Source of the DNA: a bacterium | GTDB taxonomy: Bacteria > SZUA-182 > DTGQ01 > JAFGSM01 | Reading direction: 5' to 3' | Assembly: GCA_049472335.1 (NCBI GenBank) | Contig: JBLIRO010000115.1 | Span: 1 to 12,523, forward strand | Length of the DNA stretch: 12,523 bases | In this document: positions 7,273 through 12,523 of the stretch, one piece after another | Layout of the letters: each line of letters opens with the position of its first letter | Position numbering within the stretch: the stretch's first letter is position 1 | Position numbers and translations under genes: made by a program | Notes under the pieces: model-generated | What the model was told of the DNA's origin: nothing | Seen by the model: only the letters and a program-made list of their open reading frames with translations | Databases searched by the model: none

Positions 7273-7668
7273 TTTAAACTGAACCTTTCATTAAAAAAAA
7301 CAATGCCAAAGAGAGCCTTAAGGACAAGGAATTAATTTGTCTTATTTCTTGAGCTTCAGGAGGACTGTATGTAATAGTAATGGCTGGTTTCTGCTTTTCT
7401 TGTGATAAAAGATAATGGATAGCTGAGTTTTATCAAGAAAAGTATTTGCAATTTTTACATAAATTATAAACAGAGAAAAAATTCAATCTAACGAAGTGTT
7501 TATAAGGGTATAAGATTATCAAAGATTAATTTCATATTCTCTGTAATTCTGTTAGACTATCAATAATTGTGATAGTATAGAGTGATATAACCAGAACCCA
7601 GAAATTCATACACTTGACATTTTAGGTATTTTCTTTTTTTGACTTCAGGCATTATTTTTCATGGGATT

Positions 7669-10542
7669 ATGATGAGATCACCTTCAACCGAGATAAAGAG
7701 TATTATCATTAAAGGGGCGCGAGAGCACAACCTGAAAAACATAGACCTCGAAATCCCGAAGAAGAAGCTCATTGTCTTTACCGGGGTGAGCGGCTCAGGA
7801 AAATCTTCTCTTGCTTTTGATACTATATATGCCGAGGGGCAACGTCGCTATGTGGAATCCCTGTCAAGCTATGCGCGACAATTTTTGGGGCAGATGGAAA
7901 AGCCCCACTATGATTACATCAGGGGGCTTTCTCCCACCATTGCTATAGAGCAAAAGGCGGCAAGCAAGAATCCCCGTTCAACGGTGGGGACACTGACAGA
8001 GATATATGACTATCTGCGGGTGCTTTTTGCACGGTTGGGCGTCCAATATTGCTATCAATGCGATCGGCCGGTGGGAGCCCAGTCCCCTGAGCAGATTGTA
8101 AAAGAGATTATGCGCCTTCCTGAAAGGACAAAGGTCATTATCCTTGCTCCTCTGATAAGACAGCGAAAGGGGGAGTTCAAAGATCTTTTTCAGGAGATCC
8201 AGAGGGGGGGCTTTGTACGTGCCCGGATTGACGGAGAAGTCGTGGAGTTGACAGAGGTCCCTGCCTTAGAGAAGAACAAAAAGCACACCATCGAGGTGGT
8301 GGTGGACCGGCTGGTTATATCAGGGGATATGGCAGAAAGGCTCACAGATTCCGTGGAGATTGCATTACGGGTAGGTAAAGGGCAATTGGTCGTCTCCTGT
8401 GTCGGTGAAGAAGATTTCTTCCGGGACATACCCTTTAGCGAGCATCTTGCCTGTGATATTTGTGGTATCAGCTATCCTGAACTTTCGCCTCAGCTTTTCT
8501 CTTTTAACAGCCCGCAGGGAATGTGCAGGGAATGCAATGGCCTTGGCCGGCGGGCTGAGATGGACCCCCGCCTGATAGTGCCTGATCCGGGCAAATCCAT
8601 TAATGAAGGGGCGCTTGAGGCAGTAGGGTTTTCCATGAAAAACCAGAAAGGATGGGGATACCATATTCTCTTAACCATTGCCGGGGAGCTTGGTATCGAT
8701 CTGGACAGGCCCTTTGATGATCTGCCACCGGAACATCGGGATGTGATTCTATATGGCTCAGGGGACCGGGAATTTGTGGTTAAATATACCGGACCGAAGT
8801 TCAATCTGGATTACAAGATGAAATATGAAGGGGTTATTCCAACGCTCTTGCGCCGCATGAGGCAAACCGTATCAGAGAGCCAGAAAATTCGCTATGAGCG
8901 ATACATGAGTACGATTCCCTGTTCCGCCTGCGAGGGGACCCGGCAGCGGCACGAGGCAAGAAGCGTCAGGGTACATGGCAAAACCCTTCCCGAGCTTACC
9001 TCGATGAGTATCGACAGCCTGGACCATTACTTTCAATCCGTCCGGTTTAAGGGAAGCCAGGCTATCATTGCGGAGGAGCTTATCAAAGAGTTACGCTCCA
9101 GGGTGCGTTTTCTCCTGAACGTGGGACTTGGGTATCTTTCGCTGGAAAGGTCAGGTCCATCCCTTTCCGGAGGCGAATCTCAGAGGTTGCGTCTGGCGAG
9201 CCAGATGGGCACTGAGCTTACGGGTGTCCTCTATGTGCTCGATGAACCAAGCATCGGGCTTCATCAGAGGGATAACCTTAAGCTTTTGAATGCCCTTTTT
9301 CATCTTCGGGATATTGGGAATTCACTTATTGTGGTGGAGCATGACCGGGAGACCATGGAGTGTGCTGATCATATCATTGATTTTGGACCCGGAGCCGGTA
9401 TATACGGTGGTGAGATAATCTTCTCCGGCCCTCCGAATGAGATCGTCCACAATTCCCGATCCCTGACCGGCGAATACCTTTCCGGTAAGAGGCAGATCGA
9501 TCTTCCTCCCGGCCGCAGGTCCCCGAATGGATGGCTTACCATTTGCGGGGCTGCAGAGAATAATCTGAAGGGTATGGATGTTACCATTCCCCTCGGTGTC
9601 CTTTGTTTTGTCACAGGTGTCTCCGGTGCGGGAAAAAGCTCGCTGGTCCGGCAAATACTTTATCCCGCGCTGGCGAATCAGTTGCACACTGCGCGTCTTC
9701 CGGAAGGGAGGTTTAAAGGGTTTATCGGTTTAGATCGATTGGACAAAGTGATATACGTGGATCAGAATCCAATCGGCCGAACCCCCCGATCCAATCCCGC
9801 GACCTATGTAAAGGTATTTGATCTTATTCGTGAAGTCTTTGCCAGGCAAAGGGATTCTAAGATAGCCGGATACAAGAAGGGTCGCTTCAGTTTCAATGTA
9901 AAGGGAGGCCGATGCGAGGCTTGTTCCGGTGAAGGGATGGTAAAGGTGGAGATGCACTTTCTGCCTGACGTATATGTGCCATGCGAGGTTTGCCATGGGA
10001 CACGTTTCAATGAGTCTACCTTGCGCATTACTTTTAAGGGAAAGAATATTGCACAGATCCTCGATATGACAGTGGAAGAGGTCATGCCTCCATTTGCCCA
10101 TCACCCCAAGATTATACATATTCTCCAAACATTGCTGGATGTGGGGCTGGGATATATCAAACTAGGTCAATCCGCCACTACTCTTTCAGGCGGGGAAGCC
10201 CAGCGTATCAAGCTTTCGAGGGAGCTGGCAAGGAAAAGCACGGGCAGGACCCTTTATCTTCTGGATGAACCCACAACAGGCCTTCACTTTGAGGATATAA
10301 AAAAACTTCTCACTGTACTCAATCGTCTTGTGGACGCCGGAAATACCGTGCTAATCATAGAACATAATATGGATACCATAAAAACCGCGGACTATATCAT
10401 TGACCTCGGCCCTGAGGGAGGGGACTATGGTGGGGAAGTGGTTGCTGCAGGGACCCCTGAGGAGATCTGCCATGTCGGGGCCTCTCATACGGGCCGGGTT
10501 TTGTGTAAGATGTTGTCTGATGCTAAGGTTCGACTGACATAA
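7669..10542 (+). CDS. uvrA: Excinuclease ABC subunit UvrA
   Basis: [13 protein letters not shown]; Walker A motifs GVSGSGKSS and [20 protein letters not shown]; two ABC signatures ([16 protein letters not shown]); LDEPSIGLH and LDEPTTGLH; CxxC zinc-binding pairs. ATG 7669/7672 is more plausible than TTG 7639. Confidence 0.98.
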   Translation: MMRSPSTEIKSIIIKGAREHNLKNIDLEIPKKKLIVFTGVSGSGKSSLAFDTIYAEGQRRYVESLSSYARQFLGQMEKPHYDYIRGLSPTIAIEQKAASKNPRSTVGTLTEIYDYLRVLFARLGVQYCYQCDRPVGAQSPEQIVKEIMRLPERTKVIILAPLIRQRKGEFKDLFQEIQRGGFVRARIDGEVVELTEVPALEKNKKHTIEVVVDRLVISGDMAERLTDSVEIALRVGKGQLVVSCVGEEDFFRDIPFSEHLACDICGISYPELSPQLFSFNSPQGMCRECNGLGRRAEMDPRLIVPDPGKSINEGALEAVGFSMKNQKGWGYHILLTIAGELGIDLDRPFDDLPPEHRDVILYGSGDREFVVKYTGPKFNLDYKMKYEGVIPTLLRRMRQTVSESQKIRYERYMSTIPCSACEGTRQRHEARSVRVHGKTLPELTSMSIDSLDHYFQSVRFKGSQAIIAEELIKELRSRVRFLLNVGLGYLSLERSGPSLSGGESQRLRLASQMGTELTGVLYVLDEPSIGLHQRDNLKLLNALFHLRDIGNSLIVVEHDRETMECADHIIDFGPGAGIYGGEIIFSGPPNEIVHNSRSLTGEYLSGKRQIDLPPGRRSPNGWLTICGAAENNLKGMDVTIPLGVLCFVTGVSGAGKSSLVRQILYPALANQLHTARLPEGRFKGFIGLDRLDKVIYVDQNPIGRTPRSNPATYVKVFDLIREVFARQRDSKIAGYKKGRFSFNVKGGRCEACSGEGMVKVEMHFLPDVYVPCEVCHGTRFNESTLRITFKGKNIAQILDMTVEEVMPPFAHHPKIIHILQTLLDVGLGYIKLGQSATTLSGGEAQRIKLSRELARKSTGRTLYLLDEPTTGLHFEDIKKLLTVLNRLVDAGNTVLIIEHNMDTIKTADYIIDLGPEGGDYGGEVVAAGTPEEICHVGASHTGRVLCKMLSDAKVRLT

Positions 10543-10549
10543 AAACAGG

Positions 10550-10577
10550 TTGACATAGAAGGTGATTATGATAAAAT
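10550..10577 (+). promoter_or_regulatory. Sigma70-type promoter for the kinase-like operon
   Basis: Perfect -35 TTGACA (10550-10555), 16-nt spacer, extended -10 TGn-TAAAAT (10569-10577). Strong RBS AAGGGGGGAGGA precedes ATG 10643. Confidence 0.65.
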
Positions 10578-10642
10578 GTAAATTAGTGCTTACTTACAAA
10601 TGATAAAATTTAAATATTGTACTGTTAGAAGGGGGGAGGAAA

Positions 10643-11899
10643 ATGGTAGGTGAGCTTTCAAAAGAAAGTGTCTACTCATTTAAGAACGGATTTGAAGATG
10701 TCGGGATATTGGAGTTGAAGCCCGAGGAAAAGTCATATATGAAGGAAGTGGCGCAAATAATGCTTCAATGCAGACATGATTTAATGGCAACCTGGACTGA
10801 TATATTCTTAAAACATATCAGAGCTCAAAAAAACACATCAGCGGAAGACGGATTTCGGGATTCGGAAAATCTGGCCATACAGATTCATGTAGTAAGTCTT
10901 GTGAATGATTTTATAGAATATTTGAATGAAAGAGACCTGGATGGATATATTAAGTCCAATGTGGAACTGGGTAAAAAAATGGCAAAGGAAGATCTGTCTT
11001 TTGAAACAGTTGTCTTTGGGTTTCATTTTCTTGGAGATGCCTGTGATTTTTTGCTGACTCAACATTTTCGGGATAATACAAGATTGGTTGATATTATGAA
11101 GGCTTTGAATAAGTTACATCACAATACATTGGCCATTATCGCCAAAGAATTTTTTAATGAAAAAAACAGAAAAATTAATTTATTACAGGATTCCAGAAAT
11201 AAGATAGTGCTTGGATTGGTAGATGAGGTAAGAGACAAGCTTTCTTTCGGAAAGACATTACCAGATCTATATCAAAGCGGAATTTTCGAAAAAAATCCTG
11301 AGAAGCTCGGTTATTATATGGAATTACTGAAGGAGACAATGGATGAGGCCCTGGAAGTTATTGCTGATGCCATGAATTACAGGAAAATCACTAATGGTTC
11401 ATATGATTTGAAAATAGAGTCTGAAGATCTTGTTGATATTGTTCGCAGGATTGTGGAGCCATTTATTCCAACCCTTAATACGGAACATAAAAGCGTGTTT
11501 ATCAATGGGGTGCGGTATGAAGGAGGGCCGGTTGAAAAAAAGGTGGTTGCCAGTGTTGATTCAAAACAGATATCAAGGGTATTCGGGATTCTTTTTTCAA
11601 ATGCCGCGAAATATACCAAGCAAGAGATCAGATTTTTGCTCGAAGAGCGGGAGAAAGACATTTATTGCGCTGTCCGGGATAACGGTTTTGGAATACCGGA
11701 AGAGAATCAAAAACGAATATTCAATTCAGGAATAAAGACAATTCAAGCCCTGGGAGATCAAATAGGAATAAACTCAGGCATTGGCATAGATTCCATTAAA
11801 AGGATCATTGAATTACACCAGGGAACAATCGGAATCGATTCAAAACCGGGTATGGGAACTACCTTTTATTTTTCTTTGCCAAAAGAGATTGCGAGGTGA
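10643..11899 (+). CDS. Soluble histidine-kinase-like protein: N-terminal protoglobin/RsbRD_N-like helical sensor, degenerate HisKA domain, HATPase_c domain
   Basis: 418 aa with no transmembrane segment. N box LFSNAAKYT, G1 VRDNGFGIP, F box RIF, G2 SGIGI, C-terminal HQGTIGIDSKPGMGTTFYFSLP. The H-box position reads LVDEVRDKL. N-terminal LELKPEEKSYMKEVAQIM and ELGKKMAKEDL follow the globin-coupled sensor pattern. Confidence 0.85.
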   Translation: MVGELSKESVYSFKNGFEDVGILELKPEEKSYMKEVAQIMLQCRHDLMATWTDIFLKHIRAQKNTSAEDGFRDSENLAIQIHVVSLVNDFIEYLNERDLDGYIKSNVELGKKMAKEDLSFETVVFGFHFLGDACDFLLTQHFRDNTRLVDIMKALNKLHHNTLAIIAKEFFNEKNRKINLLQDSRNKIVLGLVDEVRDKLSFGKTLPDLYQSGIFEKNPEKLGYYMELLKETMDEALEVIADAMNYRKITNGSYDLKIESEDLVDIVRRIVEPFIPTLNTEHKSVFINGVRYEGGPVEKKVVASVDSKQISRVFGILFSNAAKYTKQEIRFLLEEREKDIYCAVRDNGFGIPEENQKRIFNSGIKTIQALGDQIGINSGIGIDSIKRIIELHQGTIGIDSKPGMGTTFYFSLPKEIAR

Positions 11900-11904
11900 A
11901 GTAA

Positions 11905-12523
11905 GTGAAATTAAAGTCGAAAATAATCGGGATATGGATTTTGCTTTTAATTTGTCTTTTCCCTTTTTTGTCTTACGGGCAAGGGCATAATGTAATGATG
12001 CTTTTATGGCATGAGGAGACTCAGGCAGAGAGTGGATTCAAAGATGTCCTGGCTGAGGAATTTCCCGATCAGAATATAAACTATACTGTTTATAACGTGT
12101 ACAAAGATCTGGATCGTTTGGAGGAATTTATCGCTGAAAATGATGAGGAAAAGTTTGATCTTATTTATACATATGGGTCCAGAATTACTTCCATGGTGGC
12201 AGAGAGCTATACAAAAACACCAATAGTATTCGATGTTGTTTTTGATCCCATCGGGTATAAAATTATCGAATCCTGGGATAAAAAACAGCCGAATCTGACA
12301 GGCGCATCCAATTCTATCCCTTTGGATCTTCAGATTAGAAAGATGCAGCAGGTCTTTGGTAAGGGAAATATGGGATTAATATATAATCCATCAAATAAAA
12401 ATTCTCTGTATCTCAAAGAGGAAATGAAACGATGTCTTGTTCAGGAAGGTTTTGATTTGATTCCATTTAAATTTAATAAGAATTTTCGTTCTCTGCGCTC
12501 ATATTTAAAAAGGGTAAAAAATC
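11905..12523 (+). CDS. ABC transporter substrate-binding protein (ABC_sub_bind / COG2984-like), partial at window end
   Basis: Absent from the supplied ORF track because it has no stop in the window. GTG 11905 with GAGGTG RBS at 11893-11898; open frame to the end (>=206 codons). Signal peptide MKLKSKIIGIWILLLICLFPFLSYG, then FDLIYTYGS, TPIVFDVVFDPIG, NLTGAS and MGLIYNPSNKNS. Confidence 0.88.
   Translation, partial: MKLKSKIIGIWILLLICLFPFLSYGQGHNVMMLLWHEETQAESGFKDVLAEEFPDQNINYTVYNVYKDLDRLEEFIAENDEEKFDLIYTYGSRITSMVAESYTKTPIVFDVVFDPIGYKIIESWDKKQPNLTGASNSIPLDLQIRKMQQVFGKGNMGLIYNPSNKNSLYLKEEMKRCLVQEGFDLIPFKFNKNFRSLRSYLKRVKN

Noticed and set aside
7486..7510. Possible dif/Xer site on the minus strand
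   Set aside because: Only 7/11 match to the XerD arm TTATGTTAAAT, and the central spacer would be 3 bp rather than 6.
7614..7644. TTGACA (7614) and TTGACT (7639) as -35 boxes for uvrA
   Set aside because: No convincing -10 hexamer at 16-18 nt spacing from either.
10561..10582. Fur-box-like GATTATGATAAAATGTAAA
   Set aside because: About 12/19 match by manual count with a poor right half; explained by the AT-rich -10 element.
11808..11990. 60-aa ORF spanning the kinase end
   Set aside because: It overlaps both the kinase and the real solute-binding-protein frame that starts at 11905.
1..12523. tRNA, rRNA, CRISPR array, intact transposase or integrase, intrinsic terminators
   Set aside because: None recognised by eye, and no GC-rich hairpin with a U-tract was found after any gene. 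A covariance-model scan could still reveal small RNAs.

Overview
Chromosomal window from a bacterium, probably a diderm because both solute-binding proteins have signal peptides without a lipobox. On the + strand, in order: a peptide/nickel ABC operon (DppA/B/C-like) with no ATPase gene after it; a COG2509-type FAD-dependent oxidoreductase whose 3' end runs into a frameshifted HepT/DUF86 (HEPN toxin) remnant; and a secreted Gly/Tyr/Phe/Asn-rich low-complexity protein with a CRP-like box upstream. An AT-rich patch of minus-strand fragments follows (triple zinc ribbon, possible methyltransferase piece, short palindromes), then a full-length uvrA. The window ends with an AT-rich operon: a soluble globin-fold histidine-kinase-like protein whose phospho-accepting His appears replaced by Asp, followed by an exported ABC-type solute-binding protein that is missing from the ORF track and runs off the window. 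This last unit and the low-complexity secreted protein are the best novelty candidates. All family calls come from reading motifs by eye, not from database searches.
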